Below, in pieces: positions 1 to 13,046 of a stretch of 64,000 nt of DNA. Every line of letters starts with the position of its first letter. Positions within the stretch are counted from its first letter, which is position 1. A program made the translations under genes and the position numbers. The notes beneath the pieces were generated by a model that searched no databases, was not told the origin of the DNA, and was given only the letters and a program-made list of their open reading frames with translations. Source of the DNA: Candidatus Aceula lacicola (GTDB lineage Bacteria > Omnitrophota > Gorgyraeia > Zapsychrales > Aceulaceae); contig JAVCCC010000028.1 in assembly GCA_030765785.1 (NCBI GenBank), forward strand, positions 2,826 through 66,825, given 5' to 3'.

Positions 1-1287
1 AATCCATCCAATTTCCGAAAGGGCGCAAAGAGATGGTATTTTTAAAATCGTTTTCCAGATATGCGCAATACTCAAATGAATTGCCCCGATCAAAAAACAA
101 AGCATCTGCATATTCTGAGCATTATTAAGCCATGGCAAAAGCGGATTAAATATTCCTTTAATCCATGCTTGTCCAAATATGGTTCCGGTCAAAAGCCCCC
201 AAACAATCGCACACGTGCTTAACACATACATTAAAAACAATGGGGCTTTATCTTTCATTTTTTGATTGAGCTTTATATGTGCAAATAACGTGCCGAGAAA
301 GAAAATCACTCCATATCCGGCATCACCGATTAAAATCCCAAAAAAAATAGAAAGAAAAACTAAGAAAAACACGCTAATATCAAATTCTTTATATCCAGGC
401 AAAACATTCATCATAGAAAACACAGGCTTGATCATATCAACCCATTTTGGATTTTTCAAAAGCGTTGGGACCTTATCATCGTCAGACGGATCTTCAATGA
501 CTAAACCCCATTTTTCTTTACGGGAGACATTTTTTACTTCCACACAAGCGCTCGACGGACAAAAACCAACAAGATACGAAAGCTCTTCGGCCGCTCCCAT
601 GCCTGCGAGCGCTTCTTTAAGCCTTAAATCAGAAAACTTTTCTTCTAAAATATGTTTGAAGCTGTTAAAACACGAATGATAACGCTTAAGTTCGTTTTTG
701 ATGTTTTGAATTTTGTTGGCATCAGCGCTTTGCGCTTCTTTCATTTGAGATAAACTGATCTGCGGAAGATGAACCTCCTGAAAACCAAGAGCTTTTTTTT
801 CTTTGCACAAAACAAAGCAATGAGCGACCTGATCTTTAACAAAAATCTTATTACACACAACATCATCCGGTAAGTTTTTTAATTGCTTAACCGAAATCTT
901 AAAAAGTCCTGCGTGCAAATCTTTATGAGCAAAACTCTCAACGTCTTTGGGATTAAAATCGCCCCAAGGTTCCCATTGACTAATCAAAGAATGTTGTTTG
1001 GCCATATCATCTTTAAGCTGACGAATTTGATGAACACAATCCGTAATTCGCTCAATCATTTCAATTCGTCCTGAACCTTGCGTCGCATGCGAAGCTCCCT
1101 GGCCTTCTAGAAAATGAATCGCCTCTTGAAGTGCGCGCACCTCTTCTTTGACCTCGGCCACACCTGTGCCTTCCGGAGGATTTTCGTGGATGACATGAAC
1201 AACGCCAATATCACGCAAACGCATCAACGTATTCTCAGCATCTTTTTTCTGCACGACAAGCGATACTTTTTTCATTGGAATAATCAT
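1..1287 (-). CDS. ntpI: V-type ATP synthase subunit I, 3' end runs off the window (not in ORF track)
   Basis: Manual translation from the ATG at 1287, which overlaps the ntpD stop (ATGA): MIIPMKKVSLVVQ... and later KWVDMIKPVF...PGYKEFD...FFGILIGDAGYG, the subunit I signature. Follows subunit D in the operon. Confidence 0.92.
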   Translation of the reverse strand, partial: MIIPMKKVSLVVQKKDAENTLMRLRDIGVVHVIHENPPEGTGVAEVKEEVRALQEAIHFLEGQGASHATQGSGRIEMIERITDCVHQIRQLKDDMAKQHSLISQWEPWGDFNPKDVESFAHKDLHAGLFKISVKQLKNLPDDVVCNKIFVKDQVAHCFVLCKEKKALGFQEVHLPQISLSQMKEAQSADANKIQNIKNELKRYHSCFNSFKHILEEKFSDLRLKEALAGMGAAEELSYLVGFCPSSACVEVKNVSRKEKWGLVIEDPSDDDKVPTLLKNPKWVDMIKPVFSMMNVLPGYKEFDISVFFLVFLSIFFGILIGDAGYGVIFFLGTLFAHIKLNQKMKDKAPLFLMYVLSTCAIVWGLLTGTIFGQAWIKGIFNPLLPWLNNAQNMQMLCFLIGAIHLSIAHIWKTILKIPSLCALSEIGWI

Positions 1288-1901
1288 CGCGACATCTCCG
1301 CAAGCACAGCTTGCTCTATTTTCTTTTTGGCAACTTTACTTACCCCCACAGCGCTGGCCTGCTGATCGCCTAAATAAATTCTAATTTTTCTAATATTTTC
1401 AATACACTCTGGGATTTTAACTTTTTCAAACAAATTCACCCGTTGAGTAGTTGTCATCAATTCTTTTTGTAAAATCGCGATTTGTTTTTTGATGATTTCT
1501 GTCTCAACTAAAGAAGAAGAAAACTTTTGAATGGTTTCAATGCCAACGTCTACCCAAAACGGCATGAGATAAAGATCATAATCTTTTTTTTCAAACTCTG
1601 CTTTTTCAAAAATAGGAATATCTACGCCTGCGATATTATGCGTTGAGATTGAAACATTTGCAGGAGCAGTCCATTTTTCAATATCAACACCCGGATCAGC
1701 CAAAAGACCTACCCATTGATCAAGACTTGCTTTAGCTGAATCAAGATCAGTTTGTTTTTCTTTAAGAGCTTTTCGAATCTCAAAAATCTTGATTTGCAAC
1801 TGCTGCTTTTTTAACTGCAGCGTCGGCAAATAATGCGAAAACTGCGCAAGATTATCACGCTGTTTTTTGAGTTCACTTTTAGTTAATTTGATCTTCGCCA
1901 T
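1284..1901 (-). CDS. ntpD: V-type ATP synthase subunit D
   Basis: MAKIKLTKSELK...LPTLQLKK and TTQRVNLFEKVKIP motifs; operon position. Confidence 0.96.
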   Translation of the reverse strand: MAKIKLTKSELKKQRDNLAQFSHYLPTLQLKKQQLQIKIFEIRKALKEKQTDLDSAKASLDQWVGLLADPGVDIEKWTAPANVSISTHNIAGVDIPIFEKAEFEKKDYDLYLMPFWVDVGIETIQKFSSSLVETEIIKKQIAILQKELMTTTQRVNLFEKVKIPECIENIRKIRIYLGDQQASAVGVSKVAKKKIEQAVLAEMSR

Positions 1902-1906
1902 ATCGC

Positions 1907-3202
1907 TTATTTTTTAGGCCAATATTTCTCAATCAAAGTATCTTTGATTCCTGTTTCTGATGGTTCGAAGGTGCTTGATAAAATTTCCCAACCTAAATCT
2001 AAAGCTTTTTCTAAAGGAATATTTACGGATAAATCCATCAGCTCTTTTTCAAAACGGTCACCATATTTCAAAAGCTTTTGATCCCAGCCGCTCATTTGAA
2101 AGCCCATGGATTTCTTTTCTATAGTTTCTTTGTAATCCGCATAAAACTGAATCATGCGATCCATAATGGTTCTATGATCATCTCGGGTATCACCATTGAC
2201 TTGTTGTTTTAATCGGCTCAAAGAACCAAACGGCTCAATACGTCCACCTTTTAGATAAAATTGTCCTTCAGTAATATATCCGGTGTTATCCGGGACAGGA
2301 TGTGTAACGTCATCGCCAGGCATTGTGGTAACAGCCAAGACTGTAATTGAACCCGCATTATCAAAGTCAACAGCCTTTTCATAACGTTTGGCCAATTGGC
2401 TATAAAGATCGCCCGGGTATCCTCTATTCGACGGGATTTGCTCCATGGTAATTGCGATTTCTTTTAGCGCATCAGAAAAGTTTGTCATATCTGTTAAAAG
2501 AACAAGCACACGTTTTCCTTTTAAAGCAAACTGTTCGGCAACAGCTAAACACATATCCGGAACCAAAAGACATTCAACCGTCGGATCAGATGCAGTATGC
2601 ACAAACAAAATTGATTTAGACAAAGCGCCGTGCTTTTCAAGCGTATCTCTAAAAAATAAATAATCATCATATTTTAAACCCATTCCGCCTAAGATAATCA
2701 TGTCAACTTCAGCCTGCATAGCAATGCGTGCCAACAAAGGATTGTATGGTTCACCAGCGACAGAGAAAATCGGAAGTTTTTGCGACTCAACCAAAGAATT
2801 AAAAACATCAATCATCGGAATACCGGTTCGAATCATATTCTTTGGAATAATTCGTTTAGCTGGATTAACAGACGGTCCGCCAATATCAATCATATTTTCT
2901 TCTAAGGCAGGACCATTGTCACGAGGCTCTCCGCTTCCAGTAAAAATCCGTCCTAAAAGATTTTCGGAAAACGATACCTGCATCGGATGCTTTAAAAACC
3001 GCACCTTGTCGTTTGTGAAAATGCCACGGCTTCCGGCTAAAACCTGCAAAGAAACTCTATCTCCATCGAGACGAATAACCTGAGCCAAAGAAATACCGCC
3101 TTGGGTTTGAACTTCCGCAAGTTCATTGTATCCTACATTTTTTGCTTCGACCGTAATAACATCTCCGGCAATCTGAATGATTTCATTGTAAACTTTATGC
3201 AT
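1907..3202 (-). CDS. ntpB: V-type ATP synthase subunit B
   Basis: [19 protein letters not shown] and [15 protein letters not shown] motifs. Confidence 0.97.
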   Translation of the reverse strand: MHKVYNEIIQIAGDVITVEAKNVGYNELAEVQTQGGISLAQVIRLDGDRVSLQVLAGSRGIFTNDKVRFLKHPMQVSFSENLLGRIFTGSGEPRDNGPALEENMIDIGGPSVNPAKRIIPKNMIRTGIPMIDVFNSLVESQKLPIFSVAGEPYNPLLARIAMQAEVDMIILGGMGLKYDDYLFFRDTLEKHGALSKSILFVHTASDPTVECLLVPDMCLAVAEQFALKGKRVLVLLTDMTNFSDALKEIAITMEQIPSNRGYPGDLYSQLAKRYEKAVDFDNAGSITVLAVTTMPGDDVTHPVPDNTGYITEGQFYLKGGRIEPFGSLSRLKQQVNGDTRDDHRTIMDRMIQFYADYKETIEKKSMGFQMSGWDQKLLKYGDRFEKELMDLSVNIPLEKALDLGWEILSSTFEPSETGIKDTLIEKYWPKK

Positions 3203-4940
3203 TTTCTGCCACCCTTGTCACTTGTATTTGATCTAAAACATCTTTTTCAATTTTCTTAAATTCTTCAGAATTAAATTCTTTAGTGTTCCAGTTAATAAAC
3301 TTTTGACGCAGGCTTAAGAAAAATTTGCGCGCTTCCTCTTTGCTTTGAAATTCAAACTTTTTATCAATAATCTGAACAATGATATCAAAAATATACGTTT
3401 GTCGATCAGCAGCTGTAGCCTCATCGACTTCATCAAACGCATTTTGTTGTAAATATACAGAATCAAAGAAATCTCCTTTAAGATAATCGACAAAGTCTTC
3501 CAGCGTGGTTCCTTCCTCACCGATGACTTTCATCATCTGATCAACCTGATCACTTCTTTTTAAAATACGAACACCTTTTTGAACCTTCTCGATATCGATA
3601 AAACTTTCATATTTGCTCCAGCTTTGCAAAGGATCAATAGCAGGATATTTTCGCGCATTGGCACGGTCTCTGGAAAGTCCATGAAACGCGCCGACAACTT
3701 TTAGAGTGGATTGAGTAACCGGTTCTTCAAAGTTTCCGCCAGCAGGGCTAACCGCACCACCGATGGTAACTGAACCTGTTTTTCCGTCTCGAAGCTGAAC
3801 AATACCTGCCCTTTCGTAAAACGATGCAATGCGTGTTTCTAAATAAGCTGGAAAAGCTTCTTCGCCAGGAATCTCTTCCAATCGACCAGACATCTCTCGC
3901 ATAGCCTGTGCCCATCGAGATGTGGAATCTGCTAAAAGAAAAACATTAAGACCCATTTGTCGATAATATTCTGCAATCGTCACAGCCGTATAAACACTAG
4001 ACTCACGTGCCGCAACAGGCATAGAACTTGTATTGCAAATAATAATAGTTCTATCCATCAATGTTTTTTTAGTTCGAGGGTCCATCAGCTCTGGAAATGT
4101 TTTTAAAACTTCAACAACCTCACCTGCCCGCTCTCCACAAGCCGCGATAACAACAACGTCTACCTCAGCATGACGGCTCAACAAATGCTGCAAAACTGTT
4201 TTTCCAGCACCAAACGGTCCTGGAGTACAAAATGTTCCTCCAACCGCAACCGGCACAAGCGTATCAATAATGCGAATTTTGGAAACAAGCGGTTTGGTTG
4301 GTTTTAATTTCTTGGTATAAGCGTTAATAGGCATTTTAACAGGCCAAACTGTTTTCATTCCAACATCATATGTTTTTCCGTTTACATCTTTGACTTTGGC
4401 CACAATGTCTTGTATTTTATATTTTCCTTTATCCTTGATTTCAACAACTTCTAATTCACCAGAAAGATGAAACGGAACCATAATGCTATGCTCAAATATC
4501 TTTTCGGGGACAAATCCGACTTTTGATCCGGAGCGAACCTTGTCTCCTGTTTTAACCGTAGGCGTAAAATCCCATTCTTGATTATCTTCAAGTGCGCTTA
4601 GATAAACACCTCGCTTTAAAAAAAACCCATAATTTTCAGCTAAACGCGGCAAAGGATTTTGAAGTCCGTCAAAGACTTGACCTAAAAGGCCTGGACCCAG
4701 CTCAACGCTTAAAAGCTCACCGGAAAATTCAGCGCAATCGCCAACTTTAATTGCGTTAGTATCTTCAAAGACCTGAAGCTCGGCGCGTTTTCCCCGAACA
4801 CGAATAACTTCGGATTTTAACCGCTCATCGCCTTGAATAATGTACGCAACTTCGTTTTGCATAACGCGTGTAGTAAATTCAACGGACACCATGTTGCCAT
4901 TGACTCCAATGACTTGTCCTTTTCTTAAATTATCTGACAT
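3195..4940 (-). CDS. ntpA: V-type ATP synthase subunit A (catalytic)
   Basis: Walker [28 protein letters not shown]; 581 aa, no intein. Confidence 0.97.
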   Translation of the reverse strand: MSDNLRKGQVIGVNGNMVSVEFTTRVMQNEVAYIIQGDERLKSEVIRVRGKRAELQVFEDTNAIKVGDCAEFSGELLSVELGPGLLGQVFDGLQNPLPRLAENYGFFLKRGVYLSALEDNQEWDFTPTVKTGDKVRSGSKVGFVPEKIFEHSIMVPFHLSGELEVVEIKDKGKYKIQDIVAKVKDVNGKTYDVGMKTVWPVKMPINAYTKKLKPTKPLVSKIRIIDTLVPVAVGGTFCTPGPFGAGKTVLQHLLSRHAEVDVVVIAACGERAGEVVEVLKTFPELMDPRTKKTLMDRTIIICNTSSMPVAARESSVYTAVTIAEYYRQMGLNVFLLADSTSRWAQAMREMSGRLEEIPGEEAFPAYLETRIASFYERAGIVQLRDGKTGSVTIGGAVSPAGGNFEEPVTQSTLKVVGAFHGLSRDRANARKYPAIDPLQSWSKYESFIDIEKVQKGVRILKRSDQVDQMMKVIGEEGTTLEDFVDYLKGDFFDSVYLQQNAFDEVDEATAADRQTYIFDIIVQIIDKKFEFQSKEEARKFFLSLRQKFINWNTKEFNSEEFKKIEKDVLDQIQVTRVAENA

Positions 4941-4957
4941 ATGTTCTCCTAAAAATT

Positions 4958-5506
4958 TTATTGTAAAATCGTTTCTAATACTTTTGTTTGTTTGTATTTT
5001 TCAAATTTTTCTCTACCCTTTGAAGAATTAATTTCTCTATAACGTTCTAAAATTTGTAGCTGCAATCCATAAACAACAAGCGCTTCAATATGAAAAATAT
5101 CTCGCCTGATAAATTCATTTAATTTTTGCCACCTAAAACGATCTAATATCTTTTCTGCCTCTAGCGGATTTTCGGCCTTAATAGCACGATGAACCACACT
5201 AATCGAAGCCGAATCAACATATCGGTCTCCTCGGATATAATCTGAAGAATCCTTGCCTTGATTCTTAGCGCGAATACGAATCATTTCATTTCTAAATCTT
5301 CTATTAACTTTTGCCCAACGATCTAAAACAGGGCTCTCTGTACAAGAATCATCATAATTCAATGTAGATTTCTTTAAAATAGAAAAATCTTTTTCGCTCA
5401 ATTGCTCTTGACATAAATTCAAAAAATCTTGATAAGAAAAATTAACTTCTTTATCAAAATCTAACATCGGCAAACTAGAAACAAGATAATAATATGGGCT
5501 GCTCAT
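4958..5506 (-). CDS. DUF2764 family protein (V-ATPase subunit C-like)
   Basis: N-terminal YYYLVSSLP motif; lies between subunits E and A as in chlamydial/spirochaete-type operons. Confidence 0.85.
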   Translation of the reverse strand: MSSPYYYLVSSLPMLDFDKEVNFSYQDFLNLCQEQLSEKDFSILKKSTLNYDDSCTESPVLDRWAKVNRRFRNEMIRIRAKNQGKDSSDYIRGDRYVDSASISVVHRAIKAENPLEAEKILDRFRWQKLNEFIRRDIFHIEALVVYGLQLQILERYREINSSKGREKFEKYKQTKVLETILQ

Positions 5507-5511
5507 AAAGT

Positions 5512-6123
5512 TTAGTTAGCTGCGTCTTTTAGTAATTCAGCGACTTGTGGGTTTAAATACATGCTTAGATATTCTGCTAAGCTTACGTCAGTAAACTCAA
5601 ACGAAGATTTGCCGGAATCAAAACTAACTGTAAATCCTGCTCCAATATCTTCCGAAGGACGAATCTCAATATTTTTTTTAACATCCTCTTTTAACTTTGC
5701 CATAACGCTACCAGACACAGCATCCAAATCTTTTTGGTTAAGTTCAACTTCAACCTTAGAACCAGCAGATTGATCCATAAAATTCTGGATAACAGTTTTT
5801 AGGACATCTGCCATCTGTTCGATAGTTAGAGCTTGAGTGGTTTCTTTTAAGATAATTTTGTTTAGGGTTTCTTGGATTTTCTTTCGAAGGTCTAAAAGCA
5901 TGTCGCGAGAGGCTTGCGTGACGGCTGCCTTTGCGCTTTCCTGAAGCTTGCCGGCATCTGCTTTTGCTTTTTCAACGATAACTGCTGCTTTTTGTTCAGC
6001 ATCTTTTATGATTGCGTCAGCTTTTGTTTGCGCCTTTGACTCAATCTCTTGAGCTTTTTGCTGCGCAGTTTCAAAGCCTTCTTCTTTGATTTTATTAATC
6101 AGATCTTGCACTTGTCTTCCCAT
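5512..6123 (-). CDS. ntpE: V-type ATP synthase subunit E
   Basis: Q-L-I-x-K-I-K-x-E-G N-terminus, Ala-rich coiled coil, AGF...FEFTD C-terminus. Confidence 0.9.
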   Translation of the reverse strand: MGRQVQDLINKIKEEGFETAQQKAQEIESKAQTKADAIIKDAEQKAAVIVEKAKADAGKLQESAKAAVTQASRDMLLDLRKKIQETLNKIILKETTQALTIEQMADVLKTVIQNFMDQSAGSKVEVELNQKDLDAVSGSVMAKLKEDVKKNIEIRPSEDIGAGFTVSFDSGKSSFEFTDVSLAEYLSMYLNPQVAELLKDAAN

Positions 6124-6161
6124 GATTTTCTCTCCTAGGTATAAAACTAAACTTTAAATTT

Positions 6162-6896
6162 TTAAGCGTTTTGAATCTCTTTGAGTATCTCTTGTGCGGA
6201 GGCTAATGGATCTTCAGCCTTAACAATAGGGCGCCCAACAACCAAATAATTGCTTCCACTTTCGACAGCCAAAGAAGGTGTGGCCACCCTTTTTTGGTCT
6301 CCGACATCAGCATCTTTAGGTCGAATGCCAGGGGTGACAATCACAAAATCTTCTCCAAGCTCTTTGCGAATCAATGGCGCCTCATGAACAGAGGCCACAA
6401 CGCCATCAAGACCGGCCTCTTTAGCTAAAAGAGCTCTCTGCACAACAAGATTTTGTATGTTATCCCTATTCACTTCGCTTGTCAAGACTGTTATCCCTAG
6501 CCCTAAAGGTTTCCGGATATTTAATTTTTGAGCGATTTTTTGAGCGGTTTGAGCAGCTTTTTCAAGCATTTCTTTCCCGCCTGTGGTATGCAATGTATAC
6601 ATTAAAATACTTTTATTAGTATTATTAAGATCTGGATTTCCAGATGGCTGCAAATACGTAGCAGATTCTACAGCATTCGCTACTGTATTAGGAATATCAT
6701 GATATTTTAAATCTAAAAAAACTTCTCTTTCCTTGGCCTGAATATATCGAATCGCAACTGGGCCACACGATGTAAAGAGTTGGCTGCCTACCTTAAAAAT
6801 ATCAACAGATGGAGACAATATTTCTATAAGATTTCTAGCTTCTTCGAAAGTTCTCACATCTAACGCAACAATAAGCTTTGGTTTTTCTTGACTCAT
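6162..6896 (-). CDS. pyrF: orotidine-5'-phosphate decarboxylase
   Basis: LIVALD, FLDLKYHDIPNT, VTPGIRP, VVGRPI. Confidence 0.96.
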   Translation of the reverse strand: MSQEKPKLIVALDVRTFEEARNLIEILSPSVDIFKVGSQLFTSCGPVAIRYIQAKEREVFLDLKYHDIPNTVANAVESATYLQPSGNPDLNNTNKSILMYTLHTTGGKEMLEKAAQTAQKIAQKLNIRKPLGLGITVLTSEVNRDNIQNLVVQRALLAKEAGLDGVVASVHEAPLIRKELGEDFVIVTPGIRPKDADVGDQKRVATPSLAVESGSNYLVVGRPIVKAEDPLASAQEILKEIQNA

Positions 6897-7805
6897 CTAT
6901 TCTTCAATGCTCCCTATTAATTGTTTTATAGATTTCATTTTATTTTTCTTCATATAAGCGCTAATTCCCGTTAAAACATCCAAAGGTGCATTCGGATCAA
7001 CAAAACTAGCCGTGCCAACCGCAACCATGCTCGCTCCTGCAATAATAAATTCTAAAGCATCATCAGCTGTCATAATGCCTCCCATGGCAATGATCGGAAT
7101 CTTAACCTTTTGCGCAACATCATAAACCATTTTTAACGCAACTGGCTTAATTGCAGGACCGCTTAAACCACCGGACTTATTTCCTAAAATAAATTTTCGC
7201 GTTTTAATATCAATCGCTGTTGCCATCAATGTATTGATAAGGCTGATAGCATCTGCCCCACCTTTTTCAGCGGCTCGTGCAATCTCAGAAATATCTGTAA
7301 CATTTGGAGACAACTTTGCAATGATTGGCTTTTGAACAACTTTCTTAACTGCTCGCACAACTTCCTTCGTTACTTTTTGATCTTGCGCAATTAATTTCTT
7401 ATTTCTAAGATTTGGACAAGACAGATTAAGCTCAATGGCTTTGATAGCTTTAACTTTATCTAATTTCTTCGCCAGCGCAACAAATTCTTTGTTAGAGCCA
7501 GCCGAAATACTTGCGACAATTGGCACGCCTAAGCTGGAAAATTTCGGCATCTTCTCATTGATAAAATAATCCACGCCTAAATTTTCAATGCCAATAGCAT
7601 TAATCATACCCGATGGAGTCTCAAGGATTCTTGGAGAAAGATTCCCTTTTCTTGCGCTTAGCGTAACTGTCTTTGGAACGATTGCGCCGAGCTTCTTAAC
7701 ATCACTTGCTTTATAATACTGCTCGATATAGTCAAATGTTCCTGACGCAACAGTAACAGGGTTTTTAAAAGTGACCTTACCAATTTTGATAGAAAGATTT
7801 ATCAT
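6897..7805 (-). CDS. pyrD: dihydroorotate dehydrogenase, family 1B catalytic subunit
   Basis: ASGTF, ELNLSCPN, KLSPNV, GGLSGPAIKP. Confidence 0.95.
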   Translation of the reverse strand: MINLSIKIGKVTFKNPVTVASGTFDYIEQYYKASDVKKLGAIVPKTVTLSARKGNLSPRILETPSGMINAIGIENLGVDYFINEKMPKFSSLGVPIVASISAGSNKEFVALAKKLDKVKAIKAIELNLSCPNLRNKKLIAQDQKVTKEVVRAVKKVVQKPIIAKLSPNVTDISEIARAAEKGGADAISLINTLMATAIDIKTRKFILGNKSGGLSGPAIKPVALKMVYDVAQKVKIPIIAMGGIMTADDALEFIIAGASMVAVGTASFVDPNAPLDVLTGISAYMKKNKMKSIKQLIGSIEE

Positions 7806-7807
7806 TT

Positions 7808-8167
7808 TTATTTTAAAAAAATCATTTTTAATCCAAGAATAATTAAAAAAATTCCAAATGCTTTTTTAAGTTGCGGACCAGGCACAGCCTGAATCCAATC
7901 TGCGCCAAAGTATGCGCCGAAAACAAATCCCAAAGCAATAAAGCCTGCCATCACCCAATTAACATGTCCTGCTTGATAATATTTTAACACAGCTAAAATG
8001 CCAATGGGAGGCAACAAAATAGCCAGACATGTTCCTTGCGCTTGATGCTGCGTAAGCCCAAAAAGATAGACGAGCGCTGGAATCATAATGGCTCCACCGC
8101 CAATCCCAAAGATTCCGCTAAAGATTCCGCCAACCAACCCGACTAAAAGATATAAAAGTTGTGGCAT
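7808..8167 (-). CDS. half-size TSUP (TauE/SafE) family membrane protein
   Basis: SGIFGIGGGAIMIPAL...QHQAQGT motif; about 4 TM helices; 119 aa. Confidence 0.8.
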   Translation of the reverse strand: MPQLLYLLVGLVGGIFSGIFGIGGGAIMIPALVYLFGLTQHQAQGTCLAILLPPIGILAVLKYYQAGHVNWVMAGFIALGFVFGAYFGADWIQAVPGPQLKKAFGIFLIILGLKMIFLK

Positions 8168-8177
8168 ATAAAGCCTC

Positions 8178-8948
8178 CTAAAAAATAACTTCGTCTAACT
8201 TGAAAACCGGTCCATCTTTACAAACGGTTTTATATCCATTCTTTGTTTTTGTAGAACATCCCAAACAAGTCCCAATTCCACACGCCATGACTTCTTCTAA
8301 AGATGCTTGACCGCAAATACCTTCTTTTTGTGCAAACGATTGAACAGATTTCATCATTGGTTTTGGCCCGCATGTATAAATAAAAATCTCACCTGGATTG
8401 CCATTTATTTTAGAAAACAACTTTGAAACTCTTCCCTTTACGCCAACACTTCCATCATCTGTCGAAGTATAAACGCGGCAGCCGTTAGTCTTAAATTCTT
8501 TTAGATTAAACATATAATCTTTATTGCGCCCGCCGTATAAAAGAACCAATTCATATTTCTTTTCCTTAAAAACATCGGATAACCCCAAAAAAGGAGCAAT
8601 GCCAACACCACCTGCGACCATCACTACTTTTTTTACTTTTTTTGGCGGCATACAAAACGATGTTCCTAAGGGCCCAATACAATCAATCATCGTGCCCTTG
8701 GTTTTTTCAGACAACATCTTTGTTCCGCCACCAACTACATCATATAAAATCTCAATAGATTTCTTAGATCGAAACACGCTAAATGGTCGACGGAAGAACG
8801 GCTTTAATCCGCTGCTTACACGAAGATGTATAAACTGTCCCGGCTTAATCTTAGCCTTAAAAGATTTACCCGATAAAACTAAATGACAAAGTCTTGCCGT
8901 TAGTTTTTTATTGGATACAACTTTAAAATAATGTTGGTTCTTTAACAT
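8178..8948 (-). CDS. pyrK: dihydroorotate dehydrogenase electron transfer subunit
   Basis: PGQF, RRPFS, AGGVGIAP, CGPKPM, and MACGIGTCLGC...C [2Fe-2S] motif. Confidence 0.94.
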   Translation of the reverse strand: MLKNQHYFKVVSNKKLTARLCHLVLSGKSFKAKIKPGQFIHLRVSSGLKPFFRRPFSVFRSKKSIEILYDVVGGGTKMLSEKTKGTMIDCIGPLGTSFCMPPKKVKKVVMVAGGVGIAPFLGLSDVFKEKKYELVLLYGGRNKDYMFNLKEFKTNGCRVYTSTDDGSVGVKGRVSKLFSKINGNPGEIFIYTCGPKPMMKSVQSFAQKEGICGQASLEEVMACGIGTCLGCSTKTKNGYKTVCKDGPVFKLDEVIF

Positions 8949-8949
8949 A

Positions 8950-9624
8950 TTATTTTTGTTTATACAAAATACTTAAGCTCACAGCAAACGCAACTCCAGC
9001 AAAGGCAGCAATCATAACTGTTTGACCCATATTAGTCTGGCGAAGAACAACTTGTTGTTGAAACGTCTCGAGCACAATGCCTAAAATTGGCCACAAAAAA
9101 AGACCTCGCTTTTCTTTTGTGCTCCACGCGATATCCCAAGGAAATGTTTGTGAAAATTTCAGACTTTTCATTTTCTTAATTTTAGGAAAAAGACGTGGTG
9201 TCTTTTTACAGTAATCCTTGTATTCTTCACCAAAAAGCTCTTCAAGATGCTTTTCTTCTTTAATCATTTGTTTGTTAAATCTTTGATAAAATGCTAAAGC
9301 AAATAAAGGCAGCGCCCACCAAGGCCAGACAATCAGCAAAAATCCTGCCCCCATTAAAAAACTGCCCAAATACATTGGGTTTCGCACCAATGCATAAAGA
9401 CCATCTGATACAAGACCATGCCCTTTCTTAGAAAACTCTTTTTTGTATCCCCGAGCCGCCATGCGCAAATAAATGCCTGAAAGCATAGCTAAGAATCCAA
9501 AATAATCAAAAACATTGTCCGAAAAAATGCTTTTAGAATACAGTCCAGGAAACAAATAAAGTACTCCCGTGAAAATAATAATGGATGACAAAATAAGACT
9601 GTCAACTTGTACTCGTTTTTTCAT
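8950..9624 (-). CDS. isoprenylcysteine carboxyl methyltransferase (ICMT/PEMT) family membrane protein
   Basis: LVSDGLYALVRNPMYLG and EEKHLEELFGEEYKDYCKKTPR motifs. Confidence 0.85.
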   Translation of the reverse strand: MKKRVQVDSLILSSIIIFTGVLYLFPGLYSKSIFSDNVFDYFGFLAMLSGIYLRMAARGYKKEFSKKGHGLVSDGLYALVRNPMYLGSFLMGAGFLLIVWPWWALPLFALAFYQRFNKQMIKEEKHLEELFGEEYKDYCKKTPRLFPKIKKMKSLKFSQTFPWDIAWSTKEKRGLFLWPILGIVLETFQQQVVLRQTNMGQTVMIAAFAGVAFAVSLSILYKQK

Positions 9625-9629
9625 GAAAA

Positions 9630-10109
9630 CTAACTCCTTGCTTGTTTAATTTTCTCTATACATTCTTTAATTTTATTTTTCGCATCTTCAAGATTTTCAA
9701 CTTTTATCATACCATCAATTCCCCAGCTGCCAAGATCAATAATAGGTCTTTTGTAAACAAGACCATAGCAAATCTCACAATTTGTTCCATAGCTTCCCGG
9801 AAGAGCTACGATAATATCTGCAGAACAAGCAACCATGCAATTACGAGCAAACCCAATTGATGTTGGAAGCGCGATATCAATGTATGGATTGGCATCTTTC
9901 TTATCTTTTCCTGGCAAAAGGCCAATTGTTGTTCCGCCAGCCTCTTTTGCCCCTTTCGAAGACGCCTCCATTGCTCCACCAAGGCCTCCGCAGACAAGTA
10001 TAGCCTCCATCTCTGCTATAAATTTACCTATATTATGGGCTACTCGCTCCACTTCAGGTGTTAAGTCATGACTTCCGACAACGGATATAGTAATTTTCTG
10101 ATTTTTCAT
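9630..10109 (-). CDS. LOG family protein (TIGR00725-like); start revised to the ATG at 10109
   Basis: CGGLGGAMEA, ARN, PGSYGTxxE. The start MKNQKITISVVG directly follows the pyrC stop, whereas the track's start at 10229 overlaps pyrC. Confidence 0.85.
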   Translation of the reverse strand: MKNQKITISVVGSHDLTPEVERVAHNIGKFIAEMEAILVCGGLGGAMEASSKGAKEAGGTTIGLLPGKDKKDANPYIDIALPTSIGFARNCMVACSADIIVALPGSYGTNCEICYGLVYKRPIIDLGSWGIDGMIKVENLEDAKNKIKECIEKIKQARS

Positions 10110-10110
10110 C

Positions 10111-11391
10111 TTATTGCTTGGCCTGATAAGAAACCTTTCCCCCACAAATCGTTGTTTCAACACATCCTTTAAGTGTTTTTCCAATAAAAGGTGAGTTCTT
10201 TGATTTTGAAACAATTTCGCTTTTATCAAACACCCAAACTTTATCAGAATCTACAATAACGATGTCTGCATCCTTACCTTCGACAATTTCCCCTTTAGTT
10301 GTTAAGCCAGAAATTCTGGCAGGAGACACTGCCATGCGCTCAACCAATTTTCCCCATGTTAAAATTTTTGTTTCAACAAGCTCTTTAATAGCTAAACCTA
10401 AAGCTGTTTCAAACCCAATCATCCCAACAGGTGCGCGATCAAACTCGAGCTCTTTTTCTTCAGCCGTATGCGGCGCATGATCTGTTGTGATGCAATCAAT
10501 CGTACCATCCTTAAGCCCTTGCTTGATCGCATCAACATCCGCCTGCGTCTTTAAAGGCGGATTAACTTTTGTGTTCGTATCAAACGATTCCACGGCATTT
10601 TCTGTAAGCGAAAAATGATGAGGGCAAGCTTCTGCTGTAACTTCAATGCCCTGCGCTTTCGCAACACGAATAAGCTCAACTGAACGTGCTGAACTAATAT
10701 GAGAAAAATGAATTTTAGTTTTTAGATAGCGCACAAGCTCAATGTCACGTGACACAATAATACTCTCAGAAATATCTGGAATTCCTTTTAAGCCTAAAAA
10801 GGTTGAACAACTTCCTTCGTTCATGACACCCTGGCTTAAGGTTGGGTCCTCGCAATGCTCCATCACAAGAATATTTACCATCTTGGCATATTCGAGCGCG
10901 TGTCGCATTAACTGACCATTAGAAACTGACTTGCCATCGTCGGAGAGGGCAAGACACCCTGCTTCCTTAAGTTCAAAAATATCAGTCAACTCCTCACCAT
11001 TTTGCCCCTTAGTTACAGCGCCAACAGGAATCACATTAACAAGCCCAACCCGCTTGACTTCCTTTAAAATCCCTTCAATAATTTTTGCATTATCAATCAC
11101 AGGCTTTGTATTTGGCATACAAAAAATAGTTGTAAATCCGCCTTTAGCTGCGGACTTCGAACCTGACTCGATCGTCTCCTTATGCTCTTGACCCGGCTCC
11201 CTTAAGTGACAATGAAGATCAATTAATCCCGGCAAAACAAGCTTTCCTTTTGCGTCAATGACTTTATGATCACCCTCAGAAATTTTTGATAAAATCTTTT
11301 CAATGATACCTTTTTCAATCAAGATATCCTGACACTCTTTTGCAATTCCTTTAGAAGTTACAATATTTGCATTTTTTATAAGCAACGCCAT
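10111..11391 (-). CDS. pyrC: dihydroorotase
   Basis: PGLIDLHCHLREPG, MPNTKP, KVNPPL, TDHAPH. Confidence 0.96.
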   Translation of the reverse strand: MALLIKNANIVTSKGIAKECQDILIEKGIIEKILSKISEGDHKVIDAKGKLVLPGLIDLHCHLREPGQEHKETIESGSKSAAKGGFTTIFCMPNTKPVIDNAKIIEGILKEVKRVGLVNVIPVGAVTKGQNGEELTDIFELKEAGCLALSDDGKSVSNGQLMRHALEYAKMVNILVMEHCEDPTLSQGVMNEGSCSTFLGLKGIPDISESIIVSRDIELVRYLKTKIHFSHISSARSVELIRVAKAQGIEVTAEACPHHFSLTENAVESFDTNTKVNPPLKTQADVDAIKQGLKDGTIDCITTDHAPHTAEEKELEFDRAPVGMIGFETALGLAIKELVETKILTWGKLVERMAVSPARISGLTTKGEIVEGKDADIVIVDSDKVWVFDKSEIVSKSKNSPFIGKTLKGCVETTICGGKVSYQAKQ

Positions 11392-11404
11392 TTTTTGCCT
11401 TTCT

Positions 11405-13040
<1,636 letters not shown>

Positions 13041-13046
13041 TTTTAA

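Noticed and set aside
266-1365. Plus-strand ORFs at 266, 883 and 1114, and the many other 60-145-aa antisense or alternate-frame ORFs in the track
   Set aside because: They are shadows of well-supported genes on the other strand or frame (here ntpI) and show no recognisable motifs.
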